Both the position numbers and the translations under genes were made by a program. A stretch of DNA of 64,000 nucleotides, taken from assembly GCA_011523845.1 (NCBI GenBank), contig WTFV01000011.1, forward strand, positions 68,871 to 132,870. The letters are read 5' to 3'. Of this stretch, positions 1 to 9,666 are shown piece by piece. The DNA is from Acidobacteriota bacterium (GTDB taxonomy: Bacteria > Acidobacteriota > Vicinamibacteria > Vicinamibacterales > UBA8438). Position 1 is the first letter of the stretch; every line of letters starts with the position of its first letter. The notes below the pieces were generated by a model. It searched no databases. It saw only the letters and a list, made by a program, of their open reading frames with translations, and had not been told where the DNA came from.

Positions 1-1125
1 GCCCGCCGGCCTGAACTTCTGCACGCGGCGGCCGTTCAACGTCTCGCCGACGTACACGTTGCCGTGCGAGTCGACCGCCACCGAGTGCGTCGCCTCGAAC
101 TGGCCCGCCATCCGCCCGCGGCGCCCGGTGGTGCCGAGCGTCTCCAGCGAGTGGTGCCGCACCGTCCAGAGCAGGTGGTTGCCGCCGTCGGCGTTGTAGA
201 TGTACGTCTGGTCCGGGTCGGTCGAGAAGGCGATGTCCCACGTCGAGGCGCCGGCCGTCTCCTTGCCGATGAACCCCTCGCGGACGAACGTGCCGTCCTT
301 CTCGAATATCTGCAGGCGGTGGTTCATCCGGTCGCAGACGTAGACGAGCCCCTCGCTGGAGAGCTGCACGCAGTGGACGGTGTCGCCGAAGATGGGCGAC
401 GGGTCCGCGTCCTGGTCGTACGGCGCGAGCTCGCCGTCCACCGGGGACCGGCCGTAGGCGCCCCAGTGGCGCTTGTACTCGCCGCTGTCGGCGTCGAAGA
501 CGATGACCCGGCGGTTGCCGTAGCCGTCGGCCACGTAGACCTCGTTGGCCTCGGGGTCGACGCCGATGTCGGCCGCGCGGCCCAGCCGGGTGGTGTCGTG
601 GCTGCCGCTGAGCGGGCCGGCGCTGCCGATCTGCAGCAGGAACGTGCCGTCGCGGGAGAACTTCAGGACCTGCCCGTCGCCGTCGCCGTTGCCGCCGATC
701 CAGACGTTGTCCATGTGGTCGACGAAGATCCCGTGCTCCTCGTTGGGCCACTCGTAGCCGTCGCCGGGACCGCCCCAGGCCTGGACGACGCTGCCCTCCT
801 GGTCGAACTCGATGACCGCAGGCGCGGGGACGCAGCACTCCGAGGTGGGCGGATCGGCCGCGGCGCCGCGCTCGCTGTCGGTCAACGACCGGGGCCGGTG
901 CAGCACCCAGATGTGGTCGCGCGAGTCGACCGCCACGCCGATCACGTGGCCGAGCAGCCACTTGTCGGGCAGCTCCTGCGGCCAGAACGGGTCCACCTGG
1001 AGGGTGGCTCCCGGCACTTCGTCCTGCGCCGTCGCGGCGCCGTCCAGCGCACTGTGTCCCAGGCCGAACGCGATGCCGCACGCGATGAGGGACGCCGCCA
1101 TCCACGCCTGGTGTTTCCTCTGCAT
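1..1125 (-). CDS. Secreted NHL-repeat beta-propeller protein (C-terminus lies beyond the left edge)
   Basis: Absent from the ORF track because it is open to base 1. Hand translation starts at ATG 1125-1123, with a GAGGGAGG-type SD just upstream. MQRKHQAWMAASLIACGIAFG is a signal peptide. Repeated blade motifs follow (HVIGVAVDSRDHIWV, IGVDPEANEVYVADGYGNRRVIVF, VQLSSEGLVYVCDRMNHRLQIF, HSVAVDSHGNVYVGE). 1125 nt = 375 codons, in frame to base 1. Confidence 0.7.
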   Translation of the reverse strand, partial: MQRKHQAWMAASLIACGIAFGLGHSALDGAATAQDEVPGATLQVDPFWPQELPDKWLLGHVIGVAVDSRDHIWVLHRPRSLTDSERGAAADPPTSECCVPAPAVIEFDQEGSVVQAWGGPGDGYEWPNEEHGIFVDHMDNVWIGGNGDGDGQVLKFSRDGTFLLQIGSAGPLSGSHDTTRLGRAADIGVDPEANEVYVADGYGNRRVIVFDADSGEYKRHWGAYGRSPVDGELAPYDQDADPSPIFGDTVHCVQLSSEGLVYVCDRMNHRLQIFEKDGTFVREGFIGKETAGASTWDIAFSTDPDQTYIYNADGGNHLLWTVRHHSLETLGTTGRRGRMAGQFEATHSVAVDSHGNVYVGETLNGRRVQKFRPAG

Positions 1126-1349
1126 CGGTACCTCCCTCGCCCAGGAACCCACTGTCGTCCGCGCCGGCAATCTCCGCCGGGCACGGACTCCCGGCTCGAA
1201 TCCGAAACGCCGGCCGGCCGGCACGCTCGCGCCGCGCGTCCACTCCAGCACATGAGGTCTTTCGATGCAACCGATTCCGGTCCCTGGGTCCTCGCGATGC
1301 GAGGCCGGATCCGGTACGGCCAAGGGTGGGTTGGGCCGCGCGCCGGCAA

Positions 1350-1919
1350 TCAGCCCTGCGGCTCGCCCAGGCAGGCCGCGCACTCCTCCTCGGGCATTTC
1401 CGCGGTGCAGAGCACGCGCAACGACTCGAGCGGCACGCCCGGGCGGCGGCCGAGAAAGTGCTCGCAGGCCGGGCTCGGCGCCGCGGCCGGCGCCTGCGCC
1501 GGCGCGTAGGCCGCCAGCGGGTACTGGCAGCTCAGCTCCACGGCCTGGACCGCCGCCGCCAGCGCGCGGAAGACGTTGCCGGCCTGATCCACCTCCGACG
1601 CCAACCGTCTCTCGGTCGTCCGGTACGTCTGCACCTGCTGGTTGCACTCGTCCCGGATGACGGCGGCGCGGAGCGGGCTCGTATCGCGGTCTATCCGGAA
1701 GACGTCGAGATCCTGCCGGCAGCGCGTGTAGGCGTCCCGGGTCTCGAGCAGCGATGCCTCCAGCGACGCAACGGTGCCGCTCGCTTCGTGCGCCTGCTCG
1801 GCGGCCGCGCGCAACGCGTCGAGATCGGCGGCGCATTGCGGCCACTGCGCCTCCGCCGACTGGGCCGGGAGCCCGAGCAGTGCGGCGGCAGCGGCGACGG
1901 TGCGCAAGCGGAACGCCAT
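1350..1919 (-). CDS. Secreted hypothetical protein (Cys-containing, alpha-helical)
   Basis: 189-aa ORF. The N-terminus MAFRLRTVAAAAALLGLPAQSAEA looks like a signal peptide, and the composition is non-shadow. No family recognised. Confidence 0.5.
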   Translation of the reverse strand: MAFRLRTVAAAAALLGLPAQSAEAQWPQCAADLDALRAAAEQAHEASGTVASLEASLLETRDAYTRCRQDLDVFRIDRDTSPLRAAVIRDECNQQVQTYRTTERRLASEVDQAGNVFRALAAAVQAVELSCQYPLAAYAPAQAPAAAPSPACEHFLGRRPGVPLESLRVLCTAEMPEEECAACLGEPQG

Positions 1920-2003
1920 GGGCTTCCCCCCTCAATCCTCCGTCGTCGGGCTTGCGGTACGGTCAGGTACACCCGAATCGCGGTCGCATGTCAAGGGCGA
2001 CCG

Positions 2004-4811
2004 TCAGAAGTCGACATGCATCGACAGGCGCACGGTCCGGCCACGCAGAAAACCGGTCGGCTGACCGAACAGCGGCGACGACAGCACCCCGCTGTAGCCG
2101 CGCACGTTCGTGATGTTGAACACGTTGTAGAACCGCGCCTGGAAGCGGACCAGCCGCTCCGCGCCCCCGGCGCCGCCCGCCTGGGCGAGATCCGTCGCCC
2201 GCGGCCGGAACTCCTTCGTGAACGTCATGTCGAGATAGATGCGCGCGGGACCGGTCTCGGTGTTGCGTGCGACCCCCGGCGGCCGGTCCCGAGTCGACTG
2301 ATCGCCGTTCAGGTCGCGTCCGCTGCGGATGCTGTACGGCCGGCCCGACCAGGCGCGCAGATTGAAGTTGAAGGCCGTCCCCTCGTAGGTGGCGCGGGCG
2401 AGGGCCTGCAGCAACGGGTGCCGCAGTCCGGCATCGCGCGGGAGTCGGACCCGGAGCTGCGACTGCACCCGGTGCTGCAGCCGGGCGAGCCCCCAGGCCG
2501 GGAGGTACGGATTGTTGAAGTCGTCGTCGTCCTCGCCGCCGCGAAAGCTGTAGTTCAGGCTCCCGGACAGGCCGATCCCCGCCACCTGAATCGCTCGGCG
2601 GCGCTCTAGCCGGACCCGGAGCCTCCGGCCCACCGACCTGCCCGTCGATTCGATCTGGTAGATGTTGCCGACGTTGGGGTAGAACGGCCGCATCCTATCC
2701 ACCGTGTCCCGCCGCACGTCGCGCGGCAGCGCGAGGATTTCCGGCGGCAGGGGCGTGCCGGGAAACGGCGCGTTGACGTTCCGGATGCGCTGCTGGCGAT
2801 GCCCGTAGCTCATCCGATACGACACCGACAGCCGCAGCCCGCCCGCGAGTTGCTGCGTCACGTTGAACTGCGGATTGACGCTGTAGGGGGACCGGTAGTC
2901 GGGATCGAGCCGGTACAGGGACGTGCGCCGTTCGTCGATGAAGGCCCGGCCGCCCTGAAAGGGATCGGGGAACGACGGCGACGAGATGGAGAGCTGCTTC
3001 TGATACGTCGACCCGTCGTTGCGGATCAGCCGCACGTGGTCCCGGAAGTCCCGAAACCGCACCCGCGACCCGACGCTGACGATGGTGTCGTCGAACAGCC
3101 GGTACTGGAGATTGACGGTGGGATCGAAGCGCAGATAGTCGACCGAGTAGTTGGTCGCTTCGTAGCGCAGCCCCAGGCGCAGGCTCGCCCGCTCGCTGAA
3201 CTCCCGGTCCGCCTGGAAGTAGCTCTCGACGCCCAGCTCCGCGATGTCCAGCTCGCCGTTGCCCGACGTCAGCGTGAAGGTGGTCGGCAGCCCGGTGATC
3301 TCGACCGTCTCGCCGCGGCCGTTCAGATAGGTGGGGACGACGCCGCGGCCGAACGCCTCCTCGACGAGGCGCCGGGTCGGCGCGCAGTTGATGCCGGCGA
3401 ACCCGGTCGCGCCGCAGTAGTCGTGCAGGCTGGCGAAGTCGAACGTGCCGTTGTAGTTGTCCTCCGACAGGCTGTAGTCGCGGGCGTAGTACCCCTCGAA
3501 CCCGGCCTGGAAGCTCCAGCCCCGCCGTTGCCAGCGCAGCCGGTCCTCCACCTGGATGCGGGTCTCCTCGTCCCGGTTCCGCCGGGTCCCTCCGCCGCGG
3601 TTGAAGGCGTCCGCGACGTCGATCGCCACCCCTTCGGCCACCGGCGTCGCGCTCGATCCCCGCCGCCGCATCCGGACCCGCAGGTCGTTGACGAACGCTT
3701 CTCCGAGCCTTCGCTCGCTGACCTGGAACGACCAGTCGCGCCGCGCGTCGTTCGTGGCCCGCTCGGCCAGGGTGAAGCCGCCCACGCCGCTGTTCTCCGT
3801 GTGGCGGGTCTCGTAATCGAACCGGACTCCCATGCTGCGATTCGAGGCGACCTCGATATCCGCATTGAGTTCCAGCTCGTGCTCGCGCCGCGGTCGGACG
3901 ACGCCGTCGAACACGTTGCCGGCCGGCGTTATGGCCCGCAGCGAGTCGGCCGCGCGCTGCTGCCGGTCGGTCGACGCCTCGACGTCCACGGCGAGGCGGT
4001 CGGGGAGGACCGGGCCCCGCAGGTCGAGGGCGACGTTCCGCGTCTGCCGCGCCGGCTTCGTCCGCTCGCCCGGCGTCGTCGCGTCGAGCGCCTCGTCGGA
4101 GAAGTCGAAGCGCGCCGATCGCTGCCAGCGGCCCGTTCCCGGGCGCGTGATGATCTCGATGCGCGGCCCCTCGCCGCCGCCGTCGGCTCGGAGCGGCGTC
4201 GGATCGATGATGATCTGCGCGATCTCCTCCGGCCGCGGCAGCCGGCCCTCGTCGAAGCCGTCGATGATGAAGCCGGCCACGTCATCCTCGAAATCGTCGC
4301 TGGAATCCGCGCCGGCCAGCAGCATCAGGTAGAGCGCCAGGTCCTCCTCGTCGTCCGGCAATCCCAGCAGTTCGTCGCCCGACAGCGTGGTGGCCGTCAG
4401 GCTCGACAGCGCGTCCACGGCGAACTCCCCTACCCTGTCGACGACGTCGACGCGCTCCTCGAGCGCCTCCAGGGCCAGGGTCACCGCCAGCGGCTGCAGG
4501 TCGGGGACGGCGTCTACCGCGAGGTCGACGGTCCGAAACGCCGGCGCAGACACCTGGAGCCGATACGAGCCGGCGGGCACTTCCACGCTGAAGCGGCCGT
4601 TGCGATCCGTCGTGGTCTCCCGGACCGGCTCCGCGGATGCATCTCCGAAGACGCGCACGGTGGCGGCCCACATCACGCCGCCGATCTCGTCGGAAACCGT
4701 GCCGGATATGCGGGCAGCCGGCTCCCTGGGGCCCAGCGCGGTCTGGAGGGCGGCCGCGGGCTGGCTGCTCGCGAGCAGCAGGACGAGCGCCGTCGCCGGT
4801 CGAGCAGTCAT
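2004..4811 (-). CDS. TonB-dependent-receptor-like outer-membrane beta-barrel with N-terminal carboxypeptidase-regulatory-like domain
   Basis: 935 aa. Has a signal peptide and an ISGTV...TDRNGRFSVEVPAGSYRLQVSAPAF CarboxypepD_reg-like module. The long body is rich in beta-strand Y/R/F/D/N patterns and ends in ...RLSMHVDF (terminal Phe). Confidence 0.75.
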   Translation of the reverse strand: MTARPATALVLLLASSQPAAALQTALGPREPAARISGTVSDEIGGVMWAATVRVFGDASAEPVRETTTDRNGRFSVEVPAGSYRLQVSAPAFRTVDLAVDAVPDLQPLAVTLALEALEERVDVVDRVGEFAVDALSSLTATTLSGDELLGLPDDEEDLALYLMLLAGADSSDDFEDDVAGFIIDGFDEGRLPRPEEIAQIIIDPTPLRADGGGEGPRIEIITRPGTGRWQRSARFDFSDEALDATTPGERTKPARQTRNVALDLRGPVLPDRLAVDVEASTDRQQRAADSLRAITPAGNVFDGVVRPRREHELELNADIEVASNRSMGVRFDYETRHTENSGVGGFTLAERATNDARRDWSFQVSERRLGEAFVNDLRVRMRRRGSSATPVAEGVAIDVADAFNRGGGTRRNRDEETRIQVEDRLRWQRRGWSFQAGFEGYYARDYSLSEDNYNGTFDFASLHDYCGATGFAGINCAPTRRLVEEAFGRGVVPTYLNGRGETVEITGLPTTFTLTSGNGELDIAELGVESYFQADREFSERASLRLGLRYEATNYSVDYLRFDPTVNLQYRLFDDTIVSVGSRVRFRDFRDHVRLIRNDGSTYQKQLSISSPSFPDPFQGGRAFIDERRTSLYRLDPDYRSPYSVNPQFNVTQQLAGGLRLSVSYRMSYGHRQQRIRNVNAPFPGTPLPPEILALPRDVRRDTVDRMRPFYPNVGNIYQIESTGRSVGRRLRVRLERRRAIQVAGIGLSGSLNYSFRGGEDDDDFNNPYLPAWGLARLQHRVQSQLRVRLPRDAGLRHPLLQALARATYEGTAFNFNLRAWSGRPYSIRSGRDLNGDQSTRDRPPGVARNTETGPARIYLDMTFTKEFRPRATDLAQAGGAGGAERLVRFQARFYNVFNITNVRGYSGVLSSPLFGQPTGFLRGRTVRLSMHVDF

Positions 4812-4849
4812 CGGTACCGCTTATTGACGACGCGGACGACCGGGTCGCT

Positions 4850-6502
4850 TCACGGAGCTCCCTCGCCGTCCTCCCACAGCATCCGTTCGGCTCGGGCCAG
4901 CAGCCTTCGCAGGCCGGTGCGGCGGAGCGCGGACACCGGGACGCCGCCGTGCCGGCGCGCCAGCGCGTCGCCCTCGCCGTCCTCCATGCGGTCGATCTGG
5001 TTGAAGACGAGCAGCTCCGGCGCCTGCATGCCGATGTCGTTGAGCACGCGGCGGACGGCCTCGATGCGCCGCTCGCAGTCGGGCGTCGCCGCGTCGACGA
5101 CGTGCAGGAGCAGCGACGCGTCGGTCAGCTCCTCGAGGGTGGCGCGAAAGGCGGTGACCAGATCCGCGGGCAGGTCGCGGATGAACCCCACCGTGTCGGT
5201 GACGATGACCTCGCGCTCGCGGGGAAACCGCAGCCGCCGCGACGTGGGATCGAGGGTCGCGAACATCTGGTCGGCGACGTGCACCTCGGTGCGGGTCAGG
5301 GCCCGCAGCAGCGTGCTCTTGCCCGCGTTCGTGTAGCCGACGATGGACAGGACCGGCACCGCGCGGCGCCCCCGCCGCTGCCGCCGGTTCTCGCGTTGCG
5401 CGGCCAGCTTCTTCAATTCGCGTTCGAGCCGGGTCACGCGGTCCCGGGTGCGCCGGCGGTCGACCTCGAGCTGCGTCTCGCCCGGTCCCCGCCCGCCGAT
5501 GCCGCCGGCGAGCCGCGACAGCGAGACCTCGGCGCGCTGCGCGAGCCGCGGCAGCAGGTACTTGAGCTGCGCCAGCTCCACCTGCAGCTTGCCGTCGCGC
5601 GTGGTCGCATGTTGCGCGAAGATGTCCAGGATGAGCTGCGTGCGGTCGATCACCCGCAGCTCCATGCGCTCGCCCAGGTTGCGCGCCTGCGTCGGCGTCA
5701 GGTCCTGGTCGACGATCACCAGATCGACGTCGCTCTGGAAGGCGCGGATGACGAGATCGTCCAGCTTGCCGGAGCCCAGCACGGTCTTGGGGTCGACCCG
5801 CGGCCGGTTCTGCGTCACGACGTCGACGATGTCGACCCCCGCCGAGTGGGCCAGCTCGCGCAGCTCGGCGATGTGGATCTCGAGGTCCCCGGGGCTGCGG
5901 CCGGCGGTGACCGAAACGAGGATCGCGCCCTCGCGGTCTCCGATGCGCTGTGCGCCGGTGCGGCGCGCGAGCGCGGCCTCGCGGTCGCGGATCCACTCCT
6001 GGAAGTCGAAGGCGATCCGCGCCGGCGGCTGCGGGTCGAGGCATTCGATGCCCGCGTTGCGGTCGTCCGCGGTGCGCTCGCCGGTGGGCGCGAGCGCCGC
6101 GGTATGGGCGAGCGCGGGCAGGCCTTCGTCGTCCATGCCCACCGTCACCATGGCGTCGAGACGCAGGAGCAGCAGGTCGGTCCGGTCGTCCCGCGTCAGT
6201 CCCTCGTTCCCCAGATGGGTGTGGAGGCAGCGCAGGCCGCGCAGGCGCCCCCGGCCGGCCCGCAGGCGGCCCCAGTCGGGCAGGGTGATCGAGTGGGCAT
6301 CGCCCACCATCACGTGCTGGACCAGCCCGCGGCGGTCGAGCAGCACGCCGACCTGGCGGCGAATCTCGCGGCTGATCTCGGTCAGGTGCCGGGCGAGCTC
6401 CTGGGTGATCAGCCGGTCGGCCGGCACCCGGCGCCGGAACAGGCGCTCGAGCCGGCGGGTCTGATTGGCCTTGAGGCCGTGCGTATCGCCGAAGACCTCG
6501 AT
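4850..6502 (-). CDS. hflX: GTPase HflX (long N-terminal form); start codon uncertain
   Basis: This is the C-terminal part of track ORF 4850..8551. Motifs: G1 GYTNAGKSTL, DTVGF, NQID, and an HflX N-domain (LDIFAQHATTRDGKLQVELAQLKYLLPRL). The conserved N-terminus IEVFGDTHGLKANQ begins at 6502. No in-frame ATG/GTG/TTG lies between the upstream repeat and codon 26. Confidence 0.85.
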   Translation of the reverse strand: MEVFGDTHGLKANQTRRLERLFRRRVPADRLITQELARHLTEISREIRRQVGVLLDRRGLVQHVMVGDAHSITLPDWGRLRAGRGRLRGLRCLHTHLGNEGLTRDDRTDLLLLRLDAMVTVGMDDEGLPALAHTAALAPTGERTADDRNAGIECLDPQPPARIAFDFQEWIRDREAALARRTGAQRIGDREGAILVSVTAGRSPGDLEIHIAELRELAHSAGVDIVDVVTQNRPRVDPKTVLGSGKLDDLVIRAFQSDVDLVIVDQDLTPTQARNLGERMELRVIDRTQLILDIFAQHATTRDGKLQVELAQLKYLLPRLAQRAEVSLSRLAGGIGGRGPGETQLEVDRRRTRDRVTRLERELKKLAAQRENRRQRRGRRAVPVLSIVGYTNAGKSTLLRALTRTEVHVADQMFATLDPTSRRLRFPREREVIVTDTVGFIRDLPADLVTAFRATLEELTDASLLLHVVDAATPDCERRIEAVRRVLNDIGMQAPELLVFNQIDRMEDGEGDALARRHGGVPVSALRRTGLRRLLARAERMLWEDGEGAP

Positions 6503-6520
6503 GGGAGGTGCCTCCAGTCC

Positions 6521-6712
6521 TGGCGCCCCGAAACGCCTCGCAAGCTCGGCGTTCGGCCCATCCCCTCCGCTCCATGACCCTGCGTCGCAGAGCTTCGCTT
6601 CGCGGCGTTCTGCGGCGCAAGCTCCTGGCCCGACAATCGTCGCTACGGCTCCGCTTGCCGCCCGACCGGGCCTGCCCAGGAGTCTACGCCGTTCTACGGC
6701 GCAGACTCCCGG
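6521..6712. repeat. Composite REP-like intergenic element (modules B 6521-6629, C 6630-6668, hairpin A 6679-6709)
   Basis: Module B is about 85 % identical, inverted, to 62245-62354. Module C recurs inverted at 44641-44686 and 54053-54100. Hairpin GGAGTCTaCGCCGTTCTACGGCGcAGACTCC recurs at 44593, 54008 and 51157. Confidence 0.75.
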
Positions 6713-8595
6713 CGCAGCCGGCCGACCCCCTCTGGCACGCAGACCGCGCCCGAGTCCTCCCACTTGTTGTCGGTGAGCTGGCGGACGTCGGTGCCGTCGG
6801 CGCGCATCGCGAAGATCTCGCCGTAGGGCTGCGGCACCGAGTCGTAGAGGGCCATCTCGTCCTTGAAACCCGTGCGCGAGCTGCTGAAGACGACCCACTC
6901 GCCGCCCGCGCACCAGGCCGAGTGCGCGTCGTTGCCGGGCGCGTGGGTCAGTTGGCGGAGATCGGCGCCGTCGGGCCGGACGGTGTACAGATCGAAGTCG
7001 CCCCCGAGGTTCGACGTGAACATGATGCGCTCGCCGTCGGGCGACCACTGGGGGAAGTTGCTGTAGTAGTCGGGTCCGGTCAATGCCACGCGGGGGCCGC
7101 CGGCCGCGGGGACGACGTACAGACGTCGCCCGCCCTTGAACACCAGCCGCTCGCCGTCCGGCGACCAGCTCGGGAACCCGTTGTTCACCTCGTCGTCCAC
7201 CACCAGCCGCAGGTCCGACCCGTCCGGGTCGATGATCCCGATCGGCGCCGACGGCAGGCCGGCGGGCCGGAAGTAGCGCCCGAACGACAGCGCGATCGCA
7301 TCGCCGCCCGGCGACCAGACGGCGGAGAAGGCGCTGGCCCCCTCGCGGTGGAAGATGGTCCGCTGTCCGGTGCCGTCGAGCGACATGCTCTCGAGGCTGG
7401 CGTCCATCGGGTTCGACGACGCGAGCCCCGTGACGTTCGAGACCCGCTCGCCGTACTGGCTGAAGATCATCCGCGTGCCGTCCGGCGAGAACGACACGAA
7501 CGGCTCGTGCAGGAAGAGCTCGAACTCGGGGTCGGGGCTGAAGGTGGGGACCACGTGCTGCGTGGAGCCCAGCCGCTCGATACGCTCGTAAGCCACCTGC
7601 CGGCCGTCCGGCGACCAGCTCGGGCCGCGCACCGCGCCCGCGATCACCGTCTCGACCCGCCGGTCGGGATGCCGGATTCTGAGGCCGCCCTGGTCTCCGC
7701 CGGAGCGGCCGACGTAGCCGATGCGCCCCTCCGACAGCCACGCCGGCGAGAGCTTCGTCTCCTGCGACGCGGTGTACTGGACGCGTTCGCCGGTGGCGAC
7801 GTCGATGGAGACGAGCTCGGTGCGGGACCGGCCGCTCTTCGCCAGGTAGGCACCGACGGGGTCGGTCTCGTAGAACAGCACGCGCCGCCCGTCCGCCGAC
7901 CACGCCGGGCTCCCCGCCGCCCCGTCCGGCCCCGTCAGGCGCCGCAGCCCGGTGCCGTCGGGCCGGACGAGATAGACGCCCGTGGACTGCAGATGCTCCC
8001 ACATGCCGGGCTGGTCCCCGGGCTCGGCGTCCCGGTCCGACGTGAACGCGATCCACGCCCCGTCGGGCGACCAGCGGGGCCGGAAGTTGCCCGACGGGTG
8101 GTCGGTGAGATTCGAGGCGGACTGCGACGCGAGGTCGAGCAGCCAGACGTCCGCGGTGCCCCGCGCGCGCGTGGAGACGAAGGCCAGGGTCCGCCCGTCC
8201 GGCGACAGGGCGCCCTGGTCGTCGAACGCGGGGTGATCGGTGAGCTGCTCGCTCCCGGTGCCGTCCGGGCGGATCCGATAGATGTCCGCCTGCCCGTCCG
8301 GCTCGGCGGTGAAGACCACCCACTCCCCGTCGGGAGAGAAGGACGGGGAGTACTCCAGCCCCCAATCCGGAACCAGGGCCCGCGCATCGGCGCCGTCGGC
8401 GTCGGCGATGAACACGGTCATCACCGGGGTCTGATACCGGTTGAACAGCACCTGGTGCCGGGCCGGCGCCGCATCGGCGGCCGGCTCGGGCTGTGCGCCG
8501 CCGACGGCACCTGTCTCGGGAAGGGGCTGTGCGCTCGCCAGCGGAGCGCAACCCAGGATCATCGTCACGCCGATCGCCAATGTCTTGGTCATCAT
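6694..8595 (-). CDS. TolB-like periplasmic WD40/beta-propeller protein
   Basis: Part of track ORF 6694..9585. Start MMTKTLAIGVTMILGCAPLASA (signal peptide) at 8595. Many SPDG-type repeats are present (SFSPDGEWVVF, ALSPDGRTLAFVS, RWSPDGAWIAFTS, PSWSPDGRQVAY, PQWSPDGERIMFTS). The stop codon lies inside REP hairpin A. Confidence 0.8.
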   Translation of the reverse strand: MMTKTLAIGVTMILGCAPLASAQPLPETGAVGGAQPEPAADAAPARHQVLFNRYQTPVMTVFIADADGADARALVPDWGLEYSPSFSPDGEWVVFTAEPDGQADIYRIRPDGTGSEQLTDHPAFDDQGALSPDGRTLAFVSTRARGTADVWLLDLASQSASNLTDHPSGNFRPRWSPDGAWIAFTSDRDAEPGDQPGMWEHLQSTGVYLVRPDGTGLRRLTGPDGAAGSPAWSADGRRVLFYETDPVGAYLAKSGRSRTELVSIDVATGERVQYTASQETKLSPAWLSEGRIGYVGRSGGDQGGLRIRHPDRRVETVIAGAVRGPSWSPDGRQVAYERIERLGSTQHVVPTFSPDPEFELFLHEPFVSFSPDGTRMIFSQYGERVSNVTGLASSNPMDASLESMSLDGTGQRTIFHREGASAFSAVWSPGGDAIALSFGRYFRPAGLPSAPIGIIDPDGSDLRLVVDDEVNNGFPSWSPDGERLVFKGGRRLYVVPAAGGPRVALTGPDYYSNFPQWSPDGERIMFTSNLGGDFDLYTVRPDGADLRQLTHAPGNDAHSAWCAGGEWVVFSSSRTGFKDEMALYDSVPQPYGEIFAMRADGTDVRQLTDNKWEDSGAVCVPEGVGRLRRESAP

Positions 8596-8606
8596 TGCCG
8601 CACCCG

Positions 8607-9596
8607 TCAGAAGATCGCGATCGGATTGACCGGCGATCCCGTGCCGCCCGGGACTCGCAGCGGCGCGATCACCAGCATGAACTCCCAGCGATTGAGCCGG
8701 GCGGCGACCTCGGCCGCCGCGTCGAGGTCGATGTTGTCCAGCAGGTTCATCCCGCGGGCGACGATCGCGAACCGATGGATCGGGTTCACGCGCAGCCCCG
8801 GCACGCTGTTCGGCGCTTCGTGCACCGAGTCCGCCCCCAGCAGCGCGATGTCGCGCTCGGCCAGGAACGGAATCACCGACGCGTCCCAGCCCGCCATCTC
8901 GCGGGTCGGTCCCACCGCGTCGCGGTACGCCCAGCGACCGGTGCGCAGCAGCAGCGCGTCGCCCGGCCCCAGCCGGACCCCGGCGTACTCCTCCCACGCC
9001 TCGATATCCTCCCGGTACAGCCTGGTGCCCGGCTCCAGGTAGGGCACGCCCTTCAGCCGGGGCATGTCGACCAGGACGCCGCGCGTCACGAGGCCGTCCT
9101 TCATCTGCGTGGTATCCATCAGCGAGCAGCCGTTCTCGGTGACCACGTCCCGGTAATCGTGGCCGTTGTACAGCTTGTCCTTGTAGAAGACGTGGCACAG
9201 CCCGTCGAGGTGGGAGTAGGTCACCCCGTGGAAGTACACCTCCACCCGGTCGCCGGAGTTCTGTCCCTCGGGATTCACCCGCATCTGCAGCACGTAGGGC
9301 TCGGCGGCATCGACCGCCTCCTCGGTAAGGAAGTCGTGCGACAGCGACACGGTGGTGCCGGTCCGCACCAGCGCGGCGGCCTCCAGGCGCTTGGCCTCCG
9401 TCATCAGGTTGGCGGCACCGATCTGATCGGCGTCGCCCCACCGGCCCCAGTTCGACAGCTCCTCCATCCACCGGTCGAACTGTGCGATGCTGACCGGCTC
9501 GCGCGCACCCGACTGGGCCGACAGGTTCCCCGTCCACGCGGCCAGACCGACCCCCACGATGCTCGCCGCCGCCAGCCGCGTCCACGCGTTGCCCAT
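8607..9596 (-). CDS. Putative cyclase / kynurenine-formamidase-like family protein, exported
   Basis: 329 aa with a signal peptide. The HGVTYSHLDGLCH pattern resembles the HxGTHxDxPxH cyclase-family metal motif. Overall layout is typical of PF04199-like proteins (from memory). Confidence 0.7.
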   Translation of the reverse strand: MGNAWTRLAAASIVGVGLAAWTGNLSAQSGAREPVSIAQFDRWMEELSNWGRWGDADQIGAANLMTEAKRLEAAALVRTGTTVSLSHDFLTEEAVDAAEPYVLQMRVNPEGQNSGDRVEVYFHGVTYSHLDGLCHVFYKDKLYNGHDYRDVVTENGCSLMDTTQMKDGLVTRGVLVDMPRLKGVPYLEPGTRLYREDIEAWEEYAGVRLGPGDALLLRTGRWAYRDAVGPTREMAGWDASVIPFLAERDIALLGADSVHEAPNSVPGLRVNPIHRFAIVARGMNLLDNIDLDAAAEVAARLNRWEFMLVIAPLRVPGGTGSPVNPIAIF

Positions 9597-9666
9597 CGGT
9601 CTCCTCCCTGCTGCCGGCCGGCCGCCCCGCCGGCGACCGTCAACGCGAGTCTACTCCCGCACGCCG

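Noticed and set aside
64-1509. 481-aa plus-strand ORF at the left edge
   Set aside because: Arg/Ala/Val/Pro-rich low-complexity translation. It is exactly antisense to a well-formed NHL-repeat gene with an SD and signal peptide, so it is a typical high-GC shadow ORF.
2799-6620. Long ORFs 2799..5336(+), 4637..6577(+), 4821..6620(-), 5343..6464(+)
   Set aside because: Antisense or off-frame to the TonB-type receptor and hflX. Translations are R/A/P/G-rich with no motifs.
4850-8551. Track ORF of 1233 aa treated as one protein
   Set aside because: Only the last 551 codons are hflX. Upstream, the frame crosses a REP element that is also found non-codingly at 62.3 kb. It then runs antisense to the TolB-like gene.
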